Source: Chloroflexota bacterium
GTDB lineage: Bacteria; Chloroflexota; UBA11872; VXOZ01
DNA length: 64,000 nucleotides
Assembly (NCBI GenBank): GCA_022824225.1
Contig: JAJEAH010000046.1
Coordinates: forward strand, 16,910 to 80,909
Reading direction: 5' to 3'
In this document: piece by piece, positions 11,838 to 20,790 of the stretch
Numbering within the stretch: the first letter of the stretch is position 1
Layout of the letters: each line of letters begins with the position of its first letter
Translations under genes and position numbers: made by a program
The notes under the pieces: model-generated
The model's database searches: none
Seen by the model: the letters and a program-made list of their open reading frames with translations, nothing else
What the model was told of the DNA's origin: nothing

Positions 11838-12058
11838 GTCAGTAGCTCTTGACTTGATTACCTTGTTGGGCTAGATCTCATGTCATTCCGAGCGCAGCAT
11901 CGAACAGGGTTCGCTGACTTCGTCAAAGACGCGGAATCTGAACTGCTCCCGACTCTAGATTCTTCGTCGCTGCACTCCTCAGAATGACATTTCGGGGAGC
12001 AGCCGTTCACGTTGACACCCATACCTGTGCAGCCTAAGTCAATACCCACTAATCGCGG
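11838..12058 (+). mobile_element. Composite ~220-bp dispersed repeat, copy 1 of 3
   Basis: Near-identical to the reverse complement of 23551..23770 and to 54093..54417. Both ends carry TTGACTT-containing imperfect inverted termini. The interior is a long GTCATTCCGAGCGCAGC.../...CTCCTCAGAATGACA hairpin. Confidence 0.7.
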
Positions 12059-12071
12059 CCCGCGGCGGCGC

Positions 12072-13796
12072 TCAGCGCACGAAAGCGCCTAACTCTTTGG
12101 CGACTTCGCCGCCGTGTACCACCGTTACCTCACCGGCGTCGGCGAACGGCGTCTCTATGCGCCACCACTGGAAGGCCGCCCGCTGGGCGCGCACCACAAC
12201 CACGTCGCCATAGTCCCGCGCGCTCATGGGCAGACCGTAGCGGTCCAGCCAATTGGGCGTGCCCAGGACAAGAGCCGCGATGGCGGGCGCGTCGTCCATG
12301 ATGGCAATGTGCCGCGCCATCACCTGCCCCCACGTAAGGCCGTCATCCGCCGCGGTGTCGAACGACGGCGGGATCAGGTAGCGGGTCTCCAACAGCGGGT
12401 CGAGACCCCTGGCGCTCAGCAGGTCGAAGACGTTCAGGTACGCAAAGGCCCCGGAGTCCGGCTGCCATTGCAGAATACCCTTTTGGAAGATCTGTGTGGG
12501 TTTGCCCTCGAATGTGATAGCGCGGGTGAGGGGATAGCCCAGCGCGTCCTCGCCTCCCACCCGCCTGTATTCTGCCAGAAAGGGTACGGCGCCATACCAG
12601 GCTGATTCGTCCACCACATCGTAGCAGGGCAAGGTGACCTCCGCTCCCGCCAGCGTGGGCGTTTGGCCCGAAGTCTGGCCGTAGCACGCGTAGTCGTCGG
12701 TGACGTATTCCTCCAGCAGGCGCGGCGTTCCTTCCACGAAGCGGATGTGAATGGTGGTAGGCCGGTAGGCCGAAACGGTGGTAAACGACCACGTGCGGCT
12801 GAAATCGCCCACCGCGCTGCCCACGGCAGTCCCGGCAACACTGACGGTGTACGTCTGCCCCGCGCCCAGCGGCAGGTCGGTCATAAAATAGGCCCAGCTA
12901 TCGTCGTCCACGCGACGGAACGGCAAGACCGCGCCCTGCTCATCCACGATCTGGACTCTGGTGAGGGCCAGGTTCTCGCGCACCCACGGCGCCACGCCGA
13001 TGCTGATAGGACTACCCACGTAGCCCGTGACATCGGGCAGCGGGTTCGGTTGTTCGGTCCGCGGCCTGAAACCAACCGGCACGCCGGTTTGCCCAGCGCC
13101 GGGATAGATGTAGAGCCGGTCGAGGCCCTCGGCATTCTCAAAGCAGCCGCCAAGATCGAACACGCTCCCGCCCGCGCTCTGACCGTAACCGACAAACGTA
13201 AGCGCGGGATGGAGCATGGCGGTACGGTGGTAGACGCTGTTGACGAGGGCGTCCACCGCGGCAATGGGATCGTCCGCCAGCGATAGAGCGGACTCAGCCG
13301 TGCAACGGCCGCTGAAGCCGGCGGCGCGTATGCGATCCGTGGGCGTGGCGCCGGAGAAACCGGCGTTCTCGGGGTCTTGCGTGTGGCCCGTAAACCCGTG
13401 CAGCGCGTAGTATGCGGCGTGGGCCTCGGCGGCGCGCTGCAAGGCGGTATCGGCTTGCACGGGCGGCGATTGCGCGTGGGCCCGCAGTTCGTTCAGGCGG
13501 GCGATGGCGCGCTCCTGCGGCGTGCCGTCCGCCGCCTGCACCGGCGGGGCCGCCAGCGCTGCACAAAGTGCGATTGCCAGCGCCAGACCCGCACCCGCGC
13601 CCAACTGCCTGCAAAACCGCAGGAACCTGGCCGGACCAAATCGCCGTCCGCAAGCATTCGCCTGCCCGCAGGCCCACAGGAAATTGACCGCGCCATTCCA
13701 CAGCCCGCCAGCATCCGTCGGACCGCAGGGCCTCAGGGGCTTTGCCGGGCCGGAATTAGGTTCGCCCGCGGTGTGCCGCTTAACGCAACTGGTCAT
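12072..13796 (-). CDS. Secreted CAP/SCP-domain protein with a large C-terminal extension
   Basis: Signal-like LALAIALCAALAAPPVQA. CAP-like block AHAAYYALHGFTGHTQ..ATPTDRIRAAGF..VDALVNSVYHRTAMLHP. Start set at ATG 13796 because the maximal ORF (to 14138) overlaps the upstream CDS. Confidence 0.55.
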   Translation of the reverse strand: MTSCVKRHTAGEPNSGPAKPLRPCGPTDAGGLWNGAVNFLWACGQANACGRRFGPARFLRFCRQLGAGAGLALAIALCAALAAPPVQAADGTPQERAIARLNELRAHAQSPPVQADTALQRAAEAHAAYYALHGFTGHTQDPENAGFSGATPTDRIRAAGFSGRCTAESALSLADDPIAAVDALVNSVYHRTAMLHPALTFVGYGQSAGGSVFDLGGCFENAEGLDRLYIYPGAGQTGVPVGFRPRTEQPNPLPDVTGYVGSPISIGVAPWVRENLALTRVQIVDEQGAVLPFRRVDDDSWAYFMTDLPLGAGQTYTVSVAGTAVGSAVGDFSRTWSFTTVSAYRPTTIHIRFVEGTPRLLEEYVTDDYACYGQTSGQTPTLAGAEVTLPCYDVVDESAWYGAVPFLAEYRRVGGEDALGYPLTRAITFEGKPTQIFQKGILQWQPDSGAFAYLNVFDLLSARGLDPLLETRYLIPPSFDTAADDGLTWGQVMARHIAIMDDAPAIAALVLGTPNWLDRYGLPMSARDYGDVVVVRAQRAAFQWWRIETPFADAGEVTVVHGGEVAKELGAFVR

Positions 13797-13863
13797 TCTG
13801 GAAATCTCTGCCGTTAGCCAGAAGGCCTCATACTTCCAGAGTAAACCCCAGACGCCTGCCCCG

Positions 13864-15801
13864 TCAGCCCACGGCGCCCGCCAAGCCCAAACGGTCGGTA
13901 AGCCAAATCGGACTCGCCCACGCCATCTGCCGGTTGCCCTGCGTAACCCGCAGGTAGTAGAAGGCGAACTTTCGGTCGTGGGCGAACGTCGGCGCGAGAG
14001 TACACCCCGCCAAGGGCTCGGTATCGGTCCACTCGCCTTCCCAAACGTCACTGCCTGGGTGCGCGGTGAATACCGGCACGTTGTTGCGCAGCAATTCGAC
14101 GCTGTCGATGCGGTAGGTTCCCGCCACGCGCATCGCAAAGTTCCTTTCGCCGTAGCTTGCGGCGTCCACGGCGAGGTCCGTGCCCATTGGGAAGCCGTTC
14201 ATGGTGAAGTCCAGCAAGATGCGGTCGCCGGTGGTGGCGTAACACCGGCGCTCGTTGAGTGCCTGCCAAATGGCGTCACGGGTTTGTTCTTTCGCTATGA
14301 CGCACGCGAGACCGTTGCCGTCGTCCACGAAAAAGCTGCCCTGGTTCGCCAAGCCGTGGTGGGAATCCGTGCCGCCGATGAAGCCGAGCCGGTGCCCCAT
14401 GGCCAACGCCCGCTGTACGCAGTGCGGTCCGCCGGTCTCGGATATGCCCCAGCTCGAGCAAACCTCAACCAGCCGCTGGTGGGTATCGTTGCGGTAGTCC
14501 CAATTCGTGACGTTGCCAAACTTCGTGTGATGCGGAATAGTCAGAACGTCCTGTCCCTCCAGGATTTTCCATAGCTCAGTGGGTGTCATGCCGCCGGGAC
14601 CGAACGAACAGATGAACTCCGCGCTATCGCCACGGTAGTAGATGTTCTTGTGGCCGTTGCGGTTGCCGGTTCCCCACTCGTGGCTGACGAGCGTGACAAA
14701 GCGGTGCGGGTCATTGAAGGCATTGGACGTAGCCACGACCTCTTGCCAGACGTCGTCAACGATCTCGAAGCGCATCTTGTAGTGGTTGGCCGGCGCGCAG
14801 AAGTCGAGACCGGCCACGTCGCGGCCCCACTCGAAGAATTCCGTCGTGGTGCCGGTGCCCTGGCTGTGCCACATCTGGCTGTGCATCTCGCCAAAGTAGA
14901 CGTTGCGATCGGGCAGGAAGCCCGCGCCAATGGGGTTGCTCTTGCCCGCGACGCCGGTGTCCGGATCAACGACGGTAACGCGGTGGACGCCTGCTTGGGT
15001 GGCTTTGGCGGAAAATGTGACGCCGGTTTGCGATTTCGTTTGATCGAGTGTCACACTTTCCGGTACGTCAAGGCCATCGGTTGCTAGCGAGTGCGCCTGC
15101 CCTTGATAGCCGGTCGCCGCATTGTAACTGTAACCATCCACCGGCAGCACGCGAATTGAGAACTTCTCACCAGGCTGGACTATGGCTGGCGCGAATACCT
15201 TGAAGCGCTCGGCGTGCGCGCCCACCACCCGCACCGTCGGGTGGGTCACGGCGCGGCGGTACGTGCCGTCACCTTCTCTATCCACGCCCACCGTGAAGAT
15301 CGCCACTTGCGCGTAGCGTTGCGCCTGCACCAGGTTGCCATCCGGCGGCCCCAAGATAATACGTACGGCATCGCCCGGCCCCAGCTCGCCCTCCTGCACC
15401 ACCACGTCCACGAGGTCCATGTGCCGCCCCCACGAGGCGGCGAGCGCCAGCTTCACGTCCGAACGCGAGCACTCTACGTCCGAATACGCTCCGTATCCCA
15501 CCTGGCGAATCTGGCTCTTGTCGCGACTGCCAACAGTCTTCAGACCGCGGGGATAGGGATTCCCCAGGTGGCACTCCCACGTGCTCGGCACTTCCATGGT
15601 GATGTGGGCGCCGGTGGGCAGCGTTAGGTCCGGCCCCAACGTAAGCGTCGCCACAAACGTATGCCCACTGGCGGCCTCAACCTCACTTGGTGTGATTTCG
15701 CCGTGGAGATCAGCCGGGGGCTCAAACTGCCAGGAGCGGTTGATGGGAAACCAATCGGAGGTGTTGTCAAAGAGACGCGGCGTTGGGAGATTGTCTGACA
15801 T
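13864..15801 (-). CDS. DUF3604-like metal-dependent hydrolase, paralog B
   Basis: 645 aa. Motifs YFGEMHSQ, LTIPHHTKFG, VEVCSSWG, GGTDSHHG and CYATTGDRILL. Same architecture as 220..2316 but without the 24-bp repeat block. Confidence 0.6.
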   Translation of the reverse strand: MSDNLPTPRLFDNTSDWFPINRSWQFEPPADLHGEITPSEVEAASGHTFVATLTLGPDLTLPTGAHITMEVPSTWECHLGNPYPRGLKTVGSRDKSQIRQVGYGAYSDVECSRSDVKLALAASWGRHMDLVDVVVQEGELGPGDAVRIILGPPDGNLVQAQRYAQVAIFTVGVDREGDGTYRRAVTHPTVRVVGAHAERFKVFAPAIVQPGEKFSIRVLPVDGYSYNAATGYQGQAHSLATDGLDVPESVTLDQTKSQTGVTFSAKATQAGVHRVTVVDPDTGVAGKSNPIGAGFLPDRNVYFGEMHSQMWHSQGTGTTTEFFEWGRDVAGLDFCAPANHYKMRFEIVDDVWQEVVATSNAFNDPHRFVTLVSHEWGTGNRNGHKNIYYRGDSAEFICSFGPGGMTPTELWKILEGQDVLTIPHHTKFGNVTNWDYRNDTHQRLVEVCSSWGISETGGPHCVQRALAMGHRLGFIGGTDSHHGLANQGSFFVDDGNGLACVIAKEQTRDAIWQALNERRCYATTGDRILLDFTMNGFPMGTDLAVDAASYGERNFAMRVAGTYRIDSVELLRNNVPVFTAHPGSDVWEGEWTDTEPLAGCTLAPTFAHDRKFAFYYLRVTQGNRQMAWASPIWLTDRLGLAGAVG

Positions 15802-16067
15802 GAAGAAACCCTCGCATCACTTCAAGGAGAGCGCAGCACTAGCTGACTCCTGTGGAGAGTCGCCCTCACCCAAATCCTCTCCCCCAGGAGGAGGCTTTGA
15901 TCATTCTCGCCGATGGGCGTCGTAGCGCGCTCAGAGTCGATGCTCGGCGCGTATCTGCAAGACTGGGGAGGTATTGCGCCAACGCCGTGCGACAGATCCC
16001 AGAATGTTGGCGGTTGTTTATTGGCACCCGGGGCTAGTGGCGCGCAAACGCGCCACCACGCGCATTG

Positions 16068-16847
16068 CTAGAGTTGCGGGATGCAGGGCTTGCCGTTGCG
16101 GGCTACGGGCATGCCGGCGAAGGCGCAGCGGTTGCCCCATTGGTCGACGGCGTTCTTGGATTTGTATTCGTTGATGACCTTGTGGCGCGAGGTGTTGCTG
16201 TAATTATTGCCGGCGGTGTGCAGCACCATCACGTGGATGAAGAGCACGTCGCCGGGCTTGGCCAGCATCGGCACCGGCTCGTAGCCCTCCACTCTCTCGT
16301 CGGCCACCGTATGGCCATGGTCCGTCTCCCACTCGCCCATCAGGTGACTACCGGGCAGCACCGTGGTCGAACCCTGGTCCACGTCGTTGGCGTCCAGGTA
16401 GATGATGGCCGCCGCGAGGTCCGACGTGCTGTGGCGCTCGTAGGGCCAGTCCTGGTGCCAGCCCTGTTCATTCGTGAAGCCCGGCGGATTGTTGCGCACC
16501 TTGCCGTTGTGAAAGTCGATGTCCGGGCCGAAGAGGTCGATGAAGACGTTCACGATGCGGGGATCGGTGACGTTGTTGAACCAGTAATCGCTCGCCAGCG
16601 GCTGGTCCATGATGCCCTGCACGTTCTTGGGATTGTAGGGGTCGATGGGATACCCCTCCGCCTGCTCCATGAAGGTATAGCGCAAGGCTTCGGGTCGGCC
16701 GTCCGTATTGGTGATGAGGTCGTGAAACTCCCGCCGCATCTCCTCCATCTCCGCGGCGTCGTACATGCCCTCCATAACCAGATACCCGTTATCGTCAAAA
16801 AACTGCTTCTGCTCCGGCGCCAAGGTTACCAACTGTGCAGTTGCCAT
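16068..16847 (-). CDS. Phytanoyl-CoA dioxygenase (PhyH) family Fe(II)/2-oxoglutarate oxygenase
   Basis: Motifs FFDDNGYLVMEG, GWHQDWPY, LPGSHL and the distal His region VLFIHVMVLHTAGNN. Confidence 0.75.
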   Translation of the reverse strand: MATAQLVTLAPEQKQFFDDNGYLVMEGMYDAAEMEEMRREFHDLITNTDGRPEALRYTFMEQAEGYPIDPYNPKNVQGIMDQPLASDYWFNNVTDPRIVNVFIDLFGPDIDFHNGKVRNNPPGFTNEQGWHQDWPYERHSTSDLAAAIIYLDANDVDQGSTTVLPGSHLMGEWETDHGHTVADERVEGYEPVPMLAKPGDVLFIHVMVLHTAGNNYSNTSRHKVINEYKSKNAVDQWGNRCAFAGMPVARNGKPCIPQL

Positions 16848-17011
16848 TGGGTCATTCTCCTTCTCGATCCTTGCCAGAAATCACAAACGATTAAGCATTT
16901 CTCCGGTGATTATACTATCTCTTCCAGATTGAAGACGCAGAGCCTGTCGAAAGGTGAACGGCGGGTTAGTTGTGGCGCACTGTAATACCCGTTAATACTT
17001 CGACAGAGCCA

Positions 17012-17039
17012 GTGCTGAGCTTGTCGAAGTGCTCAGCAC
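17012..17039. repeat. Hairpin repeat of the 'FDKLSANG/LSLSKCSARTG' family
   Basis: GTGCTGAGC-ttgtcgaagt-GCTCAGCAC, a 9-bp perfect stem. Confidence 0.8.
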
Positions 17040-17204
17040 GAACGGGTAGTACAGTGCTCATCAGTTTTGGACGACAGCATTGGGGCTTGCCCCCCGCTCT
17101 TTGTTTGACACTATTCTGTTCGCCAAGAGACCGAGGAATTCGCTCCGGCTGTCTTGCTTGAACTCGTCCACTGCGTCTTCCGGCTAGAAATCCCGCGAAA
17201 GACC

Positions 17205-18245
17205 CTACTCTTCTACCAGCACGCGGCCGCCTCCGTGGGAGCTTGCATACACCGCCTCGCCGAACGTCAGCGACTTGTAGCTGTCCCAGAGGTCGGGGCC
17301 GCTGGTTTCCAGGCCCAGGCAGCGGCGGGCGAAGTGGCGCACCTCGCCGGTGTAACCGAAGTTCTTCTGGCTCCACGCGATGCTGTTCCACGCGGGCTCC
17401 ACGGTGTAGTTGTAGCGCCCCAGGTGCGGCTTCTCCTGCGTCCATTCCTCATAGGGCTGGTAGGTGACCTTCAGCATGTCCTCGCAGACCACGTGTTTTT
17501 CCAGGCCGATGAGCTCCAGGTTCTCGATGATGTCGCGGAACGCCACCTTGGAATCCAGCGTATTGATGTCCATCTGGCCGACCATGCCGTTAACGAATTC
17601 CACGTTGATGAGGTATGCGAAGTTCTGGGGGCCGACCTCGTGGTAGAGCGCGTTCACGGCTTTCACGTCGCCGCCGTAGAAGCGCATGAGGTCGAAGATG
17701 TGCACGCACTGTCCGATGAGAAACGCCCGTTTGGCAGAGTCGATGCCCCAAAGCTGCGGGTACTTGCCCTGGCCGAACTTGGTCTTGACCACGTGCAGAT
17801 CGCCGAACTCCGGCCGGGAGACGATTTCCTTGGCGATGAGGTACACGTCGGCGAAGCGCTTCATGAAGCCCACCTGGCCCCAGACCCCTTTGGCTTCCGC
17901 CAGTTCGGCGAGTTCCTTGGCTTCCGCCGAGGTATTGGCCGACGGCTTTTCGGTGTATACCGGCAGGCCGCGCTCGAGCACCACCGGCGCAAGCTCGTAT
18001 TGCTGCGGCGCGGGGCCGATGGTGAACACGCCGTCCAGCTCTTCGGTATCGAGCATCTTGTGCATGTCGGTATAGACGCGGCGCGCGCCGAAGTTGCGGG
18101 CGTTGCGCTGCGCCTTCTCTTCGTCGATGTCGCACACGGCAACGAGATCTATTTCGGGAATGAGCTGAATCTGGGGAAAGATCGAGGCGGTGGCAAAGGC
18201 GCCACACCCGATGAAGGCAAGTCTGGCGCGGCGTTCGGTACCCAT
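17205..18245 (-). CDS. Gfo/Idh/MocA-family oxidoreductase, tandem paralog 1
   Basis: Rossmann N-terminus RLAFIGCGAFATASIFP and the motif EKPSANT. Start at ATG 18245, preceded by AAGGAG. 346 aa. By-eye alignment suggests roughly four-fifths identity to 19116..20156. Confidence 0.8.
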   Translation of the reverse strand: MGTERRARLAFIGCGAFATASIFPQIQLIPEIDLVAVCDIDEEKAQRNARNFGARRVYTDMHKMLDTEELDGVFTIGPAPQQYELAPVVLERGLPVYTEKPSANTSAEAKELAELAEAKGVWGQVGFMKRFADVYLIAKEIVSRPEFGDLHVVKTKFGQGKYPQLWGIDSAKRAFLIGQCVHIFDLMRFYGGDVKAVNALYHEVGPQNFAYLINVEFVNGMVGQMDINTLDSKVAFRDIIENLELIGLEKHVVCEDMLKVTYQPYEEWTQEKPHLGRYNYTVEPAWNSIAWSQKNFGYTGEVRHFARRCLGLETSGPDLWDSYKSLTFGEAVYASSHGGGRVLVEE

Positions 18246-18341
18246 GAGGAAATTCGCTCCTTGCGCTGGGGGCACGATGCAATTGCTCTGCGGTGAAGCA
18301 GTGGCGGGCAGCCCAATCGCACCGTCAAGAGTATTACGGCA

Positions 18342-18370
18342 ATTATATTCCCAGGCTGCATGCGCTACAA
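18342..18370 (-). promoter_or_regulatory. Putative sigma70-type promoter (TTGTAG-17-TATAAT) for paralog 1
   Basis: On the minus strand, TATAAT lies at 18347..18342 and TTGTAG at 18370..18365, with a 17-nt spacer. A similar arrangement is seen upstream of paralog 2. Confidence 0.4.
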
Positions 18371-18423
18371 TGCCGCGTTTACGCAACAAGCATTCCATCC
18401 AAGAGTGAAGAGAATGCTTGAAC

Positions 18424-18705
18424 CGTCATTCCGGCGAAAGCCGGAATCCAGGGCGCGCGCGGCGAAGATGGATTCCCGCGTGCGCGGGAATGACGCGCCC
18501 TACGCGCCACGGACACGGCCAGGCCGGCTGGTTTCCCGCGTGCGCGGGAATGACGGCTGTTGCCGTGTGGAACGTGTAAGTTCGACACTTGGATTCCCGC
18601 GTGCGCGGGCGCGGGCATGGGCGCGTGCGCGGCGGGAATGACCAATACCGGATTCAGGCCCTCTACGTACTCGAAGATGCATTCCCGCGCGCGCGGGTAA
18701 TGACG
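18424..18705. repeat. Array of five GGATTCCCGCG-nn-CGCGGGAATGAC hairpins, three of them phased at 60-61 bp
   Basis: Copies at 18424..18450 (inverted orientation), 18470..18495, 18530..18555, 18591..18642 (carrying a 24-nt internal insertion) and 18679..18705. Confidence 0.85.
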
Positions 18706-18900
18706 GAGCGGCTGCGGTCTATATGCAAAGCAATGACGGGTGGATGTCGCGAGTGACGGGGCAGAGATCGCGGGCATAGCGGAACAAGCGACGCTACCTG
18801 CCGTAGCGCGGGGGCTTGTCCTCAATGATGTCGCACTAACCTCAGCCCTTAGCAAACGCGGCGACTCCGCGTTGCCAAGAGAGCGGCAGTTTGCGGCAAC

Positions 18901-18934
18901 GCTGTAGAGGCACGACATGTCGTGCCTCTACAGC
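18901..18934. repeat. Perfect 34-bp palindrome GCTGTAGAGGCACGACA|TGTCGTGCCTCTACAGC
   Basis: Every position was checked for complementarity. Same family as 35585..35620. Confidence 0.95.
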
Positions 18935-19115
18935 GCGAGATGAACCGCGTGAGGCATCCCAGGAGTAGCCCTCCGCTCCACTGCGGCACTATTGGGGCTT
19001 GCCTCCGCCTCTTGTGGGGCACAAGGCCGCCTTACGCCGTGCGCGGCGACACGTTCCACATTATGGAATGCCGAGCAATTGACTGCACGGAAAATGCTGC
19101 GTCCCGCAATGCCGC

Positions 19116-20156
19116 CTACTGTTCCACCAGCACCCGGCCGCCGCCGTGGGAACTCTTGTACACCGCTTCCCCGAACGTAAGCGCCTTGTAGCTATCCCAG
19201 AGATCGGGGCCGGTATTCACCTGGCCCAGGCACCGGCGGGCGAAGTTCTCCACCTCGCCGGTGTAGCCGAAGTTGCGCTTGCTGATGGACAGGCCGGTCC
19301 ACGAGGGCTCCAGGGAGTAGTTGTACCGACCCAGGCGCGGCGCCTCATCCGACCACGCCTCCTGGGGCTGGTACTTGACCTTCATCATGTCCTCGCAGAC
19401 CACGTGGGTCTCCATGCCGATGAGTTCCAACGTCTCGATGATGTCGCGGGTGCCCACCTTAGAATCGAGCGTATTGATGTCCATGTGGCCGACGGTGCCG
19501 TTGGTGAACTCCAGGTTGATGAGATAGGAGAAGTTCTGCGGGCCGACCTCATAGTAGAGCGCGTTCACGGCGCGCACGTCGCCGCCGAAGAACCGCACCA
19601 GGTCGAAGATGTGCACGCACTGGCCGATGAGAAAGGCGCGCTTGGCGGAGTCGATGCCCCAGATCTGCGGATACTTGCCCTGGCCGAACTTGACCTTGAG
19701 CACGTGCAAACCGCCAAATTCAGGACGGAGTGTAACTTCCTTGGCAATCCGATAGACGTCGGCAAAGCGCTTCATGAAGCCTACCTGGCCCCACGTGCCG
19801 TTGGCTTCGGCTAATTCGGCCAGTTCCCTGGCCTCCGCCGAGGTATTGGCCGACGGCTTTTCCACGTACACCGGCAGGCCGCGCTTGAGCACCACCGGTG
19901 CGAGGCGGTACTGCTGCGGCCCCGGACCAATGGTGAATACCCCGTCCAGATCTTCGGTGTCGAGCATTTTCTCCATATCGGTGTAGACGCGCCGCGCGCC
20001 GAAGTTGCGGGCGTTGCGCTGGGCTTTTTCTTCGTCGAGGTCGCAGACGGCAACGAGGTCGATCTCGGGAATGAGCTGAATTTGCGGGAATATGGAGGCG
20101 GTGGCGAAAGAGCCGCACCCGATGAAGGCTAGCCTGGCCCGACGCTCGGTACTCAT
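19116..20156 (-). CDS. Gfo/Idh/MocA-family oxidoreductase, tandem paralog 2
   Basis: MSTERRARLAFIGCGSFATASIFP... Same 346-aa length as paralog 1. Start at ATG 20156. Confidence 0.8.
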   Translation of the reverse strand: MSTERRARLAFIGCGSFATASIFPQIQLIPEIDLVAVCDLDEEKAQRNARNFGARRVYTDMEKMLDTEDLDGVFTIGPGPQQYRLAPVVLKRGLPVYVEKPSANTSAEARELAELAEANGTWGQVGFMKRFADVYRIAKEVTLRPEFGGLHVLKVKFGQGKYPQIWGIDSAKRAFLIGQCVHIFDLVRFFGGDVRAVNALYYEVGPQNFSYLINLEFTNGTVGHMDINTLDSKVGTRDIIETLELIGMETHVVCEDMMKVKYQPQEAWSDEAPRLGRYNYSLEPSWTGLSISKRNFGYTGEVENFARRCLGQVNTGPDLWDSYKALTFGEAVYKSSHGGGRVLVEQ

Positions 20157-20249
20157 GAAGAAACTCGCTCCTTGGGTTGCAGCGGGTACGGCCGGAAGGA
20201 AGCGTGCGTTCGAGGGGCGCGCACCCACGTCGTGAAGATTATTACGGCA

Positions 20250-20278
20250 ATTATATGCGCACGTCCCAGGGGTAGCAA
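20250..20278 (-). promoter_or_regulatory. Putative sigma70-type promoter (TTGCTA-17-TATAAT) for paralog 2
   Basis: On the minus strand, TATAAT lies at 20255..20250 and TTGCTA at 20278..20273. The block ATATAATTGCCGTAAT is shared with paralog 1. Confidence 0.4.
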
Positions 20279-20369
20279 TGCCGCAAGCACGGGGTATGCG
20301 GCTGCAAGACGGACAGCGCACACTTGTCACCATTGACGTCCGGGGCAGCAGCGGCGCGAGTCAAGCGCT

Positions 20370-20399
20370 TTGACCGTAGATTCCGCCCAATGCTATAGT
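20370..20399 (+). promoter_or_regulatory. Putative rpmH promoter (TTGACC-18-TATAGT)
   Basis: TTGACC at 20370..20375 and TATAGT at 20394..20399. A GAAGGAAG RBS sits about 7 nt before ATG 20433. Confidence 0.55.
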
Positions 20400-20432
20400 A
20401 AGTACAGGTTAGGAATAGAAGGAAGCTCTTGG

Positions 20433-20570
20433 ATGCCGAAGAGAACATATCAGCCCAAAGTGCGGCGCAGAGCGCGCAGACACGGTTTCCGCGCGCGCAT
20501 GTCCACGCGCGCCGGACGACGGATCATCAAGCACCGACGTGAAAAGCAGCGCGAGCGGCTTTCCGTCTAA
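20433..20570 (+). CDS. rpmH: 50S ribosomal protein L34
   Basis: [45 protein letters not shown]. Confidence 0.95.
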   Translation: MPKRTYQPKVRRRARRHGFRARMSTRAGRRIIKHRREKQRERLSV

Positions 20571-20625
20571 GCCCGCACGACCTTCTTAGTCCTTTCCGTG
20601 CAGCGCGTGTGTTTTCACACGATCC

Positions 20626-20654
20626 CCTCCGGAAATGCGGAGGTTTTGTTTTTT
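20626..20654 (+). terminator. Intrinsic terminator downstream of rpmH
   Basis: CCTCCG-gaaatg-CGGAGG followed by TTTTGTTTTTT. Confidence 0.75.
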
Positions 20655-20790
20655 CGGGTTCCCGCTCCAGCGCACGGCCTCTCAACGGCGCGGCTTGCTG
20701 GCTGCGCGGCCTGTGGCAGCGGAGCCTCATTGGCGCGAATCCCGGCGCTGGCGCATCCTCGTGGACGCGCAGCCTCTCTAAAGAGGAAGA

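Noticed and set aside
18470-18705. A genuine CRISPR array (also considered for 33329..33475)
   Set aside because: There are no cas genes in 64 kb and no leader. Only 3-4 units are present. The repeat is a perfect palindrome that also occurs as scattered single copies and inside ORFs, which is REP/MITE behaviour. These loci are kept as findings only for their unusual phasing.
20157-20432. oriC / DnaA-box cluster next to rpmH
   Set aside because: No TTATCCACA-type 9-mers (allowing one mismatch) were seen by eye. The region is explained by the two facing promoters.
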